Part shown: positions 55,244 through 63,832 of the stretch, piece after piece
Layout of the letters: the number at the start of each line of letters is the position of its first letter
How positions within the stretch are numbered: position 1 is the stretch's first letter
From: Desulfobacteraceae bacterium
GTDB lineage: Bacteria; Desulfobacterota; Desulfobacteria; Desulfobacterales; UBA5852
NCBI GenBank assembly: GCA_014237395.1
Contig: JABZFP010000019.1
Span: 64,756-128,755, forward strand
DNA length: 64,000 nucleotides
Direction: 5' to 3'
Notes under the pieces: model-generated
Told to the model about the DNA's origin: nothing
The model's input: only the letters and a program-made list of their open reading frames with translations
Databases searched by the model: none
Made by a program: the position numbers and the translations under genes

Positions 55244-57187
55244 ATGGTTAGCCATGCAGAATGGTTCTCCTGCGAACTGGATCAGCACACCACGTTAAGG
55301 ACGGTTCTGGAGGGAACCGCCACCGAAACCGGTACGGGCTTTTTCGACGTTCTGGTCCAAAGCCTTTCGCAGGCCCTGCAGACTCGCTACGCCTGGGTCA
55401 CGGAGTATATGGCCGGGCTGCGGCGTCTGAAGACCTTGGCCTTTTGCGCGGACGGCGAGCTGGAGCCTCCTTTTGAAATCGACATTGAAGACACCCCCTG
55501 TCAGAAGATCATCGATCATTCCCAGTTTGTGCATTACCCCGACAACATCCGGGAGCTTTTCCCCCGCAGCAGCAAGTTGAAAGAGCTGGAGGCGGTCAGC
55601 TACATGGGCGTTCCCTTGAGCAATTTGCAGGGCGACGTTCTGGGCCATCTGGCCGTCATCGACAGCCAGCCCATGCCCAAGGCGCCCCGCAATTTGGCCC
55701 TGTTTAAGATCTTCGCCTCCCGTGCCGCGGCGGAACTGCGACGCCTCCGGGCCGAGCAGGATCTCCAGGAGCGGGAAATCGAGCTGCGGTCGCTTGTGGA
55801 CGGCGCCATGGACGGCATCGTCGTGCTGGACGAAAGCTTTCGCATTGCCCGCCTGAACCCGGCGGCCCGCAGCGTTTTCGGGCTGAGCGCGGAGGGCGGC
55901 ACCGGCGACAGCCTGTGGTCTTATCTGGCGCCCGAAAGCCGGGCCAAGCTGAACCGTTTGATCCAGCAGGTGGACACCTTCCCCGAAGGCAAGCGCTTCA
56001 TGTGGATACCCGACGGCCTCCAGGCCCTCGGTCCGGGCCGACGGCCGTTTAAGGCCGAGGCCACCATCTCCCGTTACGAGACCCAGGGGCAACGCCATCT
56101 GGCCCTCATTCTGCGAAATGTCAGCGACCGCATCGAGGCCGAGCGCCGCATCAGCCACCTCCAGCAGGAACGGGATTATCTTCGAGAGGCGATGCGCTCG
56201 GGGGAGGAGATTGTCGGGGCCAGCGATGCCCTTCAGAAAGTTTTGCAGAGTGCCGCCCAGGTGGCCGACACCGACACCACCGTGCTCATTCAGGGCGAAA
56301 CCGGCACCGGCAAGGAACTTATTGCGCGCTACCTGCACCACCGAAGCCATCGTGCCCACGGTGCTTTCATCACGTTGAACTGCGCCGCCCTGCAGCCGAA
56401 CCTGGTGGAAAGCGAACTCTTCGGCCACGAAGCCGGCGCCTTTACCGGCGCCACCCAGAAACGGAAGGGCCGTTTCGAACTGGCCGACGGCGGGACCCTT
56501 TTTTTGGACGAAGTCAGCGAAATCCCGCTGGAGCTCCAGGCCAAGCTGCTGCGGGTGCTGCAGGAAGGGCAATTCGAGCGGATCGGGGGAACCCGGACCC
56601 TCTCCTGCGACGTGCGCGTGGTTGCCGCCACCAACCGCCGGCTCGGCGAGGCCGTGCAGAGCGCTCAATTCCGATCGGATCTCTTCTACCGCCTGAATGT
56701 CTACCCCATCCGGGTACCGCCACTGCGGGAGCGGCGGGAAGACATCCCCCTGCTGGTGGACCACTTTCTGCCCCAGATCAGCCAGCGCATCGGCAAAGCC
56801 ATCACGACGGTGCCCTCAGGGACCCTGCAGTCCCTCCTGGACTACGACTGGCCCGGCAATGTGCGGGAGTTAAAGAATGTCATCGAACGGGCGGCCATCA
56901 CCAGCACCGGTCCCGACCTCCGGCTGCCCGAAACCTTGCGAACCGGCCCGCGTGAAGCGGAAGGGGAGGGAGAGGATTCGCCTTTCGAAGCTCTGGCCAC
57001 GGCGGAGCGCCGCTACATTACCCGGGTGCTGGAAGCTACAGGGTGGCGCATCAGCGGCCCCTCCGGTGCGGCCAAGGTGTTGGATCTGAACCCCTCGACG
57101 CTCCGCTACCGCATGAAAAAGCTTGGCATCCGCAAGCCCTGGCAACGGGCCTCCGAAGCAAACCGTTCCTACCCCCCTTCTTCGTGA
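55244..57187 (+). CDS. Sigma-54-dependent transcriptional activator (GAF-PAS-AAA+-Fis HTH)
   Basis: AAA+ sigma-54 interaction domain: VLIQGETGTGKELIARYLH, the GAFTGA loop (ESELFGHEAGAFTGA), and LFLDEVSEIPLELQAKLLRVLQEGQFERIGG. C-terminal HTH AAKVLDLNPSTLRYRMKKLGI. Confidence 0.93.
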   Translation: MVSHAEWFSCELDQHTTLRTVLEGTATETGTGFFDVLVQSLSQALQTRYAWVTEYMAGLRRLKTLAFCADGELEPPFEIDIEDTPCQKIIDHSQFVHYPDNIRELFPRSSKLKELEAVSYMGVPLSNLQGDVLGHLAVIDSQPMPKAPRNLALFKIFASRAAAELRRLRAEQDLQEREIELRSLVDGAMDGIVVLDESFRIARLNPAARSVFGLSAEGGTGDSLWSYLAPESRAKLNRLIQQVDTFPEGKRFMWIPDGLQALGPGRRPFKAEATISRYETQGQRHLALILRNVSDRIEAERRISHLQQERDYLREAMRSGEEIVGASDALQKVLQSAAQVADTDTTVLIQGETGTGKELIARYLHHRSHRAHGAFITLNCAALQPNLVESELFGHEAGAFTGATQKRKGRFELADGGTLFLDEVSEIPLELQAKLLRVLQEGQFERIGGTRTLSCDVRVVAATNRRLGEAVQSAQFRSDLFYRLNVYPIRVPPLRERREDIPLLVDHFLPQISQRIGKAITTVPSGTLQSLLDYDWPGNVRELKNVIERAAITSTGPDLRLPETLRTGPREAEGEGEDSPFEALATAERRYITRVLEATGWRISGPSGAAKVLDLNPSTLRYRMKKLGIRKPWQRASEANRSYPPSS

Positions 57188-57199
57188 AGGCGATTCACA

Positions 57200-57248
57200 T
57201 TCGCCAAATATTGCACGTCAAATACGGCCATTTTCGCCAATAGTTGCG
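57200..57248 (+). promoter_or_regulatory. Candidate upstream activator sites (direct repeat TTCGCCAA-N3-TTGC, 33 bp apart)
   Basis: TTCGCCAAATATTGCA at 57200-57215 and TTCGCCAATAGTTGCG at 57233-57248 share 12 of 16 positions, and each contains a GCCAA/TTGC dyad. They lie 100-150 bp upstream of the -24/-12 element, with an AT-rich tract (57279-57310) between. Confidence 0.45.
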
Positions 57249-57349
57249 ACTTGCGCAATTGGCCACCCCATTTCACTTCTTTTCTAATATATAAATAAAA
57301 ATAAATAATACAGCATGTTGTCTCCTTAACTGTAAGGATTCGCTCCGGC

Positions 57350-57365
57350 TGGCATGCGATATGCT
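57350..57365 (+). promoter_or_regulatory. Sigma-54 (-24/-12) promoter
   Basis: TGGCATG-CGAT-ATGCT compared with the consensus TGGCACG-N4-TTGCW. GG and GC are at the correct 10-nt spacing. It is directly downstream of the activator gene and upstream of the SBP56 gene. Confidence 0.7.
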
Positions 57366-57606
57366 GAGCATAAATGCAAACCGCCCGGTATGCTCACCTC
57401 GCTTCGCGCTGCCTCCCCTGTCGACGCTGGAAGATTTCTCCTGACACTGAATCCGCAAGGGTCCTTTCAAATTTCGTTTTCACCGGGAAGCATTTCCACA
57501 TGTTTTGGATTTTCAGCAGGGCCGCCCATCTGCCCTTCGTGACCCCGGTCACCGCAGTTGCCGGCGTTGCCATCAAGCACTGCCGTCATTAAATGGAGGT
57601 GCCGTC

Positions 57607-59004
57607 ATGACCTTTCTCAAACCCGATCAGACCTTTTACCCTTCGCCCCGCATGGCCTGCAAAGCGCCGGCGGAACGACTGGGATATGTCGCCACCCTGA
57701 ATACAGGCCACAGCGACCGGCCCGATGCCCTCAGCGTCGTTGATCTGGATCCGGATTCACCGGACTACGGCCGCATTGTCAACACCCTGGAGATGCCCTA
57801 CGCCGGAGACGAACTGCACCACTTCGGCTGGAACGCCTGCAGCTCGGCCCTGTGTCCCTACGCGCCCCATCCCCATCTGGAACGGCGCTACCTGATCGTA
57901 CCGGGGCTGCGCAGTTCGCGGATCTACGTCATCGACACCAAGCCCGATCCACGACGCCCCGCCATTGCCAAGATCATCGAACCGGAAGAGGTCATGAAGC
58001 GTTCGGGCTACAGCCGGCCCCACACGATCCACTGCGGACCCGACGCCATTTACGTCAGCGCCCTGGGCGCCGACAACGGCGGCGGCGGACCCGGGGGGAT
58101 CTTCATGCTCGACCATTTCAATTTCGATGTGCTGGGTCCCTGGGAGATCGACCGCGGACCTCAGCAGTTGGCCTACGACTTCTGGTGGCACATCACCGAA
58201 GACACCATGGTCACCAGCGAGTGGGGCTTTCCCCAACAGTTTGAGAACGGTCTGGTGTTGGAAGACATCCTGGCCGGGCGGTACGGTCACAACCTGCACT
58301 TCTGGGACATGCGCCGCCGCCGGCATCTGCAGACCATCAATTTGGGGGACGAGTACCAGTTCGTCTTCGAACTGCGGCCCGCCCACGAGCCTTCCAAAAC
58401 TTACGGTTTCGCCGGGGTGGTGCTCAGCCTCAAGGACCTGAGCAGTTCCATCTGGACCTGGCATCGGGAAAACGGCAAATGGGCGGCGCGCAAAACCATC
58501 GAAATCCCGGCCGAGCCGGCCGACCCGGATCAACTGCCGCCCCCGCTCAAGGATTTCAAGGCCGTACCGCCTTTCGTGACCGACATCGACCTCTCCCTGG
58601 ACGACCGTTTTCTTTATGTTTCCTGCTGGGGCACGGGTGAGCTTCGCCAATACGACGTGAGCGACCCCATGCAGCCGCGGCTGACGGGCAAGGTCAGTGT
58701 CGGCGGCATAACGCGCCGGGCATCCCATCCCAAGAGCGAGGGGCCCCTCTCGGGCGGACCCCAGATGGTGGAGATCAGCCGGGACGGCCGCCGGGTCTAC
58801 TTCACCAACTCGCTCTACAGCACGGTGGACGATCAGTTCTATCCCGAGCGGATGACCGGATGGATGGCCAAAGTAGACGTTGCGGAAGAGGGCGGCATGG
58901 CCCTGGATCCGCGCTTTTTTATCGACTTCGGCGAAACCCGCACCCATCAGGTGCGACTGGAGGGCGGCGATGCATCCACTGACACCTTCTGCTACCCTTC
59001 CTGA
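57607..59004 (+). CDS. Selenium-binding protein 56 (SBP56) / methanethiol oxidase family protein
   Basis: GGAGG RBS. Colinear with eukaryotic SELENBP1 from memory: DELHHFGWNACSS, SSRIYVIDT, AYDFWW, VTDIDLSLDDRFLYVSCWGTGELRQYDVSDP..PRLTG, GGPQMVEISRDGRRVYFTNSLYS. No signal or Tat peptide is visible. Confidence 0.93.
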   Translation: MTFLKPDQTFYPSPRMACKAPAERLGYVATLNTGHSDRPDALSVVDLDPDSPDYGRIVNTLEMPYAGDELHHFGWNACSSALCPYAPHPHLERRYLIVPGLRSSRIYVIDTKPDPRRPAIAKIIEPEEVMKRSGYSRPHTIHCGPDAIYVSALGADNGGGGPGGIFMLDHFNFDVLGPWEIDRGPQQLAYDFWWHITEDTMVTSEWGFPQQFENGLVLEDILAGRYGHNLHFWDMRRRRHLQTINLGDEYQFVFELRPAHEPSKTYGFAGVVLSLKDLSSSIWTWHRENGKWAARKTIEIPAEPADPDQLPPPLKDFKAVPPFVTDIDLSLDDRFLYVSCWGTGELRQYDVSDPMQPRLTGKVSVGGITRRASHPKSEGPLSGGPQMVEISRDGRRVYFTNSLYSTVDDQFYPERMTGWMAKVDVAEEGGMALDPRFFIDFGETRTHQVRLEGGDASTDTFCYPS

Positions 59005-59007
59005 TCT

Positions 59008-59644
59008 GATGGGCGGCTGGGCGATGATGATCGGCTTCGGGGCCTACCACGGGCTGAACCCGGGCATGGGCTGGCTGTTCGCCCTGGCTTTAGGGCTTCA
59101 GCAGAAGAGCGAACGCGCCATCTGGCGGTCCATGCTGCCGATTACAACGGGGCATGCCGCTTCCATTGTTCTGGTGGCAGCGCTCGTGCTGGCCGCCGGG
59201 AACTGGCTGTCGATTACGCATCTGCGCTACACGGCGGCAACCGTCCTGTTGGTCTTTGCCGTCTTCAAGCTGTTCAACACCTACCGCCATCCCCGCTGGG
59301 TGGGTATGCGGGTCGGCATGAAAGATTTGTTCCTGTGGTCCTTTCTGATGGCGGCCGCCCACGGTGCCGGCCTGATGGTGGCGCCGGTGCTGCTGGAGGT
59401 CGGCCATGCCACCGCCGGTCCGGCAGCCGGATTCATATCGGGGGTGGGGATGCTCATGGCGATTCTGCTCCACACCACAGCCATGCTGATGGTGATGCTG
59501 GTCACCGCCCTGGTGGTATTCCGCAAGTTGGGACTGGCCATCCTGCGCCGCAGATGGGTCAACTTCGACATGATCTGGGCCGTGGCGCTCCTCGTCGTGG
59601 GGTCGACGGCCCTCTACCACGCTGCGCGAATGGCCGCCGCCTGA
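59008..59644 (+). CDS. Hypothetical polytopic membrane protein (His-containing TM motifs)
   Basis: Starts 4 nt after the SBP56 stop, with an alternative ATG at 58970. About 6 TM helices. YHGLNPGMGW and AAAHGAGLM are faintly reminiscent of NicO/RcnA-type metal transporters. This is a very tentative link. Confidence 0.6.
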
Positions 59645-59741
59645 GATGCGGTGCCAATAGGGAAGGGCGGCATTCCCACGAGCGACAAACCGTATGGCAA
59701 CAGCCTGAAAAGGGCTTCATCGGCATCAGGAGGAGAAGACA

Positions 59742-61415
59742 ATGCGTAACATCATCCTATCGATACTGGCGTTATTGCTTATTGTGCCGCCCGCTGCAGC
59801 GCGGATTCACGATCCCATCGCCCTGGCGGCGGATCCGTCCACGGCTGAAACCCCCATTGCGCCGCTCCTCGAGGGGCTGGGCGACCACCATTTCCCGGTC
59901 ACGACCCAGGTGCCGGAGTCCCAGGTTTTCTTCGACCAGGGCCTGCGACTGACCTATGCCTTCAACCATTCGGAGGCGCTCAGGGCTTTCAAGGAAGCTG
60001 CCCGCCTCGATCCCGGCAATGCCATGGCCTACTGGGGCTGGGCACTGGTCCTGGGCCCCAATCTGAACCTGCCCATGGTGCCGGAGGTGGTACCCCAGGC
60101 CTACCGTGCCATCCAGCAGGCGGTAGCACTCAAGAACACGGTTTCCGAGCGTGAGCGCGCTTACATCGAGGCCCTGGCCGAACGATATACAGACGACCCG
60201 TCCGCCGATCGCGCAGCATTTGACCGTGCCTACGCCGAGGACATGGGGGAATTGGCCGCGCACTACTCCGGAGACCTGGATGCCGCCACGCTCTATGCGG
60301 CCTCCCTGATGAACTTGACCCCGTGGGACTATTGGAACCTGGACGGGAGCCCCAAGGCCGGCACGCTCGAAGTCCTCGATGCGCTGCAGTCCGTGATCAA
60401 CCGCAACCCCCGTCATCCCGGGGCGCTGCACTATTACATCCATGCCGTGGAAGCCCGTCATCCCCAAATGGGCGAGCAGCCTGCCGATCAGCTGGCCGGG
60501 CTCATGCCGGGGGCCGGGCATCTCGTCCACATGCCCTCGCACATCTACATGCGCGTCGGCCGCTACGCGGATTCCTACGATGCCAATCGCCGCGCTGTGG
60601 CGGCGGACGAAAACTACATCACCCAGTGCCGGGCCCAAAACATCTATCCCCTGAACTACTACCCCCACAACATCCATTTCATGGCCTGGTCGGCCATGTT
60701 CCAGGGGCGTCCGGAAGAAGCGCTCCAGGCGGCGCGCAAGATCGTGGACAAGGTGCCGCCGGAGCTTTCCGCCGACAAGAACATCTGGGCGCTCTACGAG
60801 ACCTTTCTTTCCCAGCCCATGTTCGTGATGGTGCGCTTCGGCATGTGGGAAGCGATGCTGGCCGAGCCCAAACCCGACATCGACTCTCAATTCATGACCG
60901 GCGTATGGCACTACGGGCGCGCCCTGGCCTATCGCTACACCGATCGATCGGGGGAAGCACGGCAAGAGCTCGGCCAGTTGAGCATCGCCCGGACGGCAAT
61001 GGGCGAAGCTGAGCACTACGTGGGCTTTGCGACGGCGGGAACCCTGCTCACCATTGCCGAGGAGATCGTGAGGGGCGAACTGGCCTACGCCGACGGCCGC
61101 ACCATGGAGGGACTGGCCCATCTCGAGCGGGCCGTAAGGCTGGAAGACAGCCTGCGCTACAACGAACCTCCGGACTGGTACTTCCCGGTGCGGCACTACC
61201 TGGGCGCCATGCTGCTGGATGCGGGCCGTCCGAACGAGGCCGAGGTGGTCTACGCGGCGGATTTGCGCAAGAATCCCAACAACGGCTACGCGCTCTTCGG
61301 CTTGCAGCAGGCCCTGACGCAGCAGGGCAAGCAGGCGGATGCTTCCACCGTCGCCGAGCGGTTCGACCGCACCTGGGCAAGCGCGGATCACGAACTGAAG
61401 ACTTCGCGTTTTTAA
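59742..61415 (+). CDS. Exported TPR-like repeat protein
   Basis: Signal peptide MRNIILSILALLLIVPPAAA. Helical-repeat content (EALRAFKEAARLDPGNAMAYWGWA...). A conserved-looking long ORF. The 572-aa antisense ORF was rejected. Confidence 0.8.
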   Translation: MRNIILSILALLLIVPPAAARIHDPIALAADPSTAETPIAPLLEGLGDHHFPVTTQVPESQVFFDQGLRLTYAFNHSEALRAFKEAARLDPGNAMAYWGWALVLGPNLNLPMVPEVVPQAYRAIQQAVALKNTVSERERAYIEALAERYTDDPSADRAAFDRAYAEDMGELAAHYSGDLDAATLYAASLMNLTPWDYWNLDGSPKAGTLEVLDALQSVINRNPRHPGALHYYIHAVEARHPQMGEQPADQLAGLMPGAGHLVHMPSHIYMRVGRYADSYDANRRAVAADENYITQCRAQNIYPLNYYPHNIHFMAWSAMFQGRPEEALQAARKIVDKVPPELSADKNIWALYETFLSQPMFVMVRFGMWEAMLAEPKPDIDSQFMTGVWHYGRALAYRYTDRSGEARQELGQLSIARTAMGEAEHYVGFATAGTLLTIAEEIVRGELAYADGRTMEGLAHLERAVRLEDSLRYNEPPDWYFPVRHYLGAMLLDAGRPNEAEVVYAADLRKNPNNGYALFGLQQALTQQGKQADASTVAERFDRTWASADHELKTSRF

Positions 61416-61453
61416 GGGAGGGACCGCTGGCACTAACTTGGAGAGATGAACAC

Positions 61454-61497
61454 AAAGGGCGCTTTCCATTCGGATAGCGCCCTTTGTCATTGAAATT
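61454..61497 (+). terminator. Intrinsic terminator after the TPR protein gene
   Basis: Perfect 10-bp stem AAAGGGCGCT (61454-61463) / AGCGCCCTTT (61476-61485) with a 12-nt loop and a T-rich tail GTCATTGAAATTATT. Confidence 0.6.
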
Positions 61498-61587
61498 ATT
61501 CGGCGTCATTTCCAAGCCCTTGCGCCTTCAAGAGTCAAGGGCGGGTTTGACCCCTTTCTTTACGCGAATTCGGTGAAGGAGGCGATG

Positions 61588-62004
61588 ATGAAAACACTTC
61601 GAATACATGCCTATCAGCTGAAACCCTATTTTATAGTTTTTCTTATCTGTATTTTTGGATTGAGCCTGTCACAGACGGCAGGGGCTGCTGAGACAACGTT
61701 GCGATCCCCCGAGTGCTCTGAAATCCAAGAATGGGTGGCTACGATAGATCTTTCCGATCAGTATCAGCCACTCGAATCCGCACCATACGATAAATTGCCA
61801 ACGGCCTATGGGTCAGAAGCCTTTACCGTTTTGTTCGGGAAACCCGCCCTGGAGTGGACGCAAGGGGAACTTCGCCAGATGTACGACCATATCCTCAGCT
61901 GTGGCAAGAATGCAGGCAAGGATTATAGAAAGAAGGTGCGGCCGCTTTCGCGGAATTTGAGAAACATACTCACAATACAAGATCAAAAGACTCGTAAAAA
62001 TTAG
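61588..62004 (+). CDS. Small exported hypothetical protein
   Basis: GAAGGAGG RBS at 61575-61582. MKTLRIHAYQLKPYFIVFLICIFGLSLSQTAGA is a signal peptide. No family recognised. Confidence 0.6.
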   Translation: MKTLRIHAYQLKPYFIVFLICIFGLSLSQTAGAAETTLRSPECSEIQEWVATIDLSDQYQPLESAPYDKLPTAYGSEAFTVLFGKPALEWTQGELRQMYDHILSCGKNAGKDYRKKVRPLSRNLRNILTIQDQKTRKN

Positions 62005-62086
62005 GCTGCTGTCTGTCTCTTTTCCAGGGTCTCCCCGTCCGGCCCCTTCGTCCCCGGACAGGGAGCCCTATTGCTGCCGGGTGCTT

Positions 62087-62566
62087 CTAATCCCTTTTAT
62101 AGCGTCCCATCAGCCGGTTCATCCCGATCAGGTGGGGTTCGATCTTTTCCAGAAGCTGCCACATGGTCAGTCCCGGTTCAAGCGCCACCGCTTCATTCAG
62201 TGCCAGCACCCAGAAATAATAGTTGTGCAGGCCATGTCCGTTGGGGGGCATGGGGCCGTTGTAACAGGCTTGACCAAAATCAGTGACACCGTTGGTATAC
62301 AATTTGGTGGCTTCATCCAGGCCTGATATATCTCCCGGAATATTGTAAAGCACCCAGTGAACAAAACCGTAGGTGCCCCGGCTGCTGACAAGGGGGGCAT
62401 CCGGGTCGTGGCAGATGACGGCAAATGCTTTTGTCCCCTCCGGCGGGTTTGTCCAGGACAACGCCGGTGAAACATCTTCTCCCTCGCCGGTGAATCGAGA
62501 CGGTATCAGACCATCTTGATCAAATGCATTGCTTTTAACCTGCATCTTCGTTGGTGCAAATCCCAT
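62087..62566 (-). CDS. YbhB/YbcL family Raf-kinase-inhibitor-like (PEBP) protein
   Basis: SPALSWTNPPEGTKAFAVICHDPDAP...FVHWVLYNIP...PPNGHGLHNYYFWVLAL are the bacterial PEBP signature blocks. Confidence 0.88.
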   Translation of the reverse strand: MGFAPTKMQVKSNAFDQDGLIPSRFTGEGEDVSPALSWTNPPEGTKAFAVICHDPDAPLVSSRGTYGFVHWVLYNIPGDISGLDEATKLYTNGVTDFGQACYNGPMPPNGHGLHNYYFWVLALNEAVALEPGLTMWQLLEKIEPHLIGMNRLMGRYKRD

Positions 62567-62810
62567 GATTTTATCTCCTCTTTAATGGGTTATCGTACAA
62601 AGGAATCATAGAACGATAGATCGCGGATATGTTTTTTAAATGGCAAGTACGGATCATAGCGTTGGCTTGGCAGGCTCAAGCGCTTGTTCGGCGCCCCCCT
62701 GACACCCATGATCGCCACACGATTCCATCCTGCGGGATCGATCTGCACGCCGGAAAAAATGGTCGTCTGCCTTATCAGCCACAGGGGCAAGATCAACGTT
62801 CATCAGAATA

Positions 62811-63488
62811 TCAATGCCGACCCTTCGCGATTAAAACCAGCACTTCTGAAGGTACCCCGAATGGGGTCACTATGTTTCGATGTTCCCGTTTCCAGCGATC
62901 CCAATCTATATAATTATCCATGAGAACAGGACGGCATCCCCCCACAATAGCAGGCCGTATGCGGAACGCTGCCATCCAGACGGAAGACACAATCCGCGAC
63001 AGCAGGGTGGCCCCTTTCGTCAGGCTTGCCAGACAAATCCTGCCACCCGGCACGAGGACACGATGCGCTTCCGCAAAAAAGGTCCGGATATCCTCTTCCG
63101 ACAGAAGATCCAGCACATAGCTGGAAATGACACGATCAGTCGAATGGTCGGGTAACGGAAAATACACGGTGCCATCCGTCTGGAGCACTTTGGCACGATT
63201 GGAATACTTTTTCAGACGCTGTGCAGCAAGGCCGACCATTACAGGGCTGACGTCGCAGCCAAAATAGGTTGCAGCGGCCGGCAGATGTTCACTCAAGAGC
63301 CGTGCGGCAACCTTGCCCGTGCCGCAGCCAAACTCGAAAATCCTTTCGGCGTTTTCGAAGTTGGCATGGGCAATCACAGCATTCAGTGCGGGATCTTCAT
63401 AGAATCCCTGGCTGTCCTGTTTTTTTCCGAAGCGATCGTAGTATGCTTCAGCTTCGGACGCAGTCATGGTCCTGTGTCTATCAGCCAT
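62811..63488 (-). CDS. Class I SAM-dependent methyltransferase
   Basis: Motif I IFEFGCGTGKVAARL, then acidic motif II YFGCDVSP, and post-I/III blocks. Confidence 0.85.
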   Translation of the reverse strand: MADRHRTMTASEAEAYYDRFGKKQDSQGFYEDPALNAVIAHANFENAERIFEFGCGTGKVAARLLSEHLPAAATYFGCDVSPVMVGLAAQRLKKYSNRAKVLQTDGTVYFPLPDHSTDRVISSYVLDLLSEEDIRTFFAEAHRVLVPGGRICLASLTKGATLLSRIVSSVWMAAFRIRPAIVGGCRPVLMDNYIDWDRWKREHRNIVTPFGVPSEVLVLIAKGRH

Positions 63489-63499
63489 GCATTGCCCAT

Positions 63500-63832
63500 T
63501 TACTCAATAAATTCTCCGAGTATACTATGCTTGCGTTTGATTTCATGAATAAAACGATCATAGTGTTTCATCCGAATAATTGAGCGGATAATCAGGTAGA
63601 CACCGAAAAAAATTAAAACAAGATTGAGCACTCCCAATGGGACAAGAAAATGCAAAACATGGAGGACATCATAATACTTTGATGTCGCTATCAGGACACT
63701 CATGACGGATAGCGGCAGGGCTAAGACCGCTATACCCGTCCGCATCACGGCTAAAGATGTCCGTTTCTCTGCTAAAATCAGTTGCACTTCATTGATGGCG
63801 ATTGCGTCCGTATTTTTTGTATCGTCGATCAA
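63500..63832 (-). CDS. DUF202 (YidH-like) membrane protein
   Basis: LAEKRTSLAVMRTGIAVLALPLSVMSVLI is the DUF202 signature. The TTG start overlaps the upstream ORF stop (GTTTGATC). Confidence 0.75.
   Translation of the reverse strand: MIDDTKNTDAIAINEVQLILAEKRTSLAVMRTGIAVLALPLSVMSVLIATSKYYDVLHVLHFLVPLGVLNLVLIFFGVYLIIRSIIRMKHYDRFIHEIKRKHSILGEFIE

Noticed and set aside
62590-62796. A 68-aa minus-strand ORF filling the gap between the methyltransferase and PEBP genes.
   Set aside because: It has a TTG start without a recognisable RBS, and the sequence matches no family. A competing 49-aa ATG ORF in another frame is equally unconvincing. I left it unannotated, but it is worth a proteomics check.
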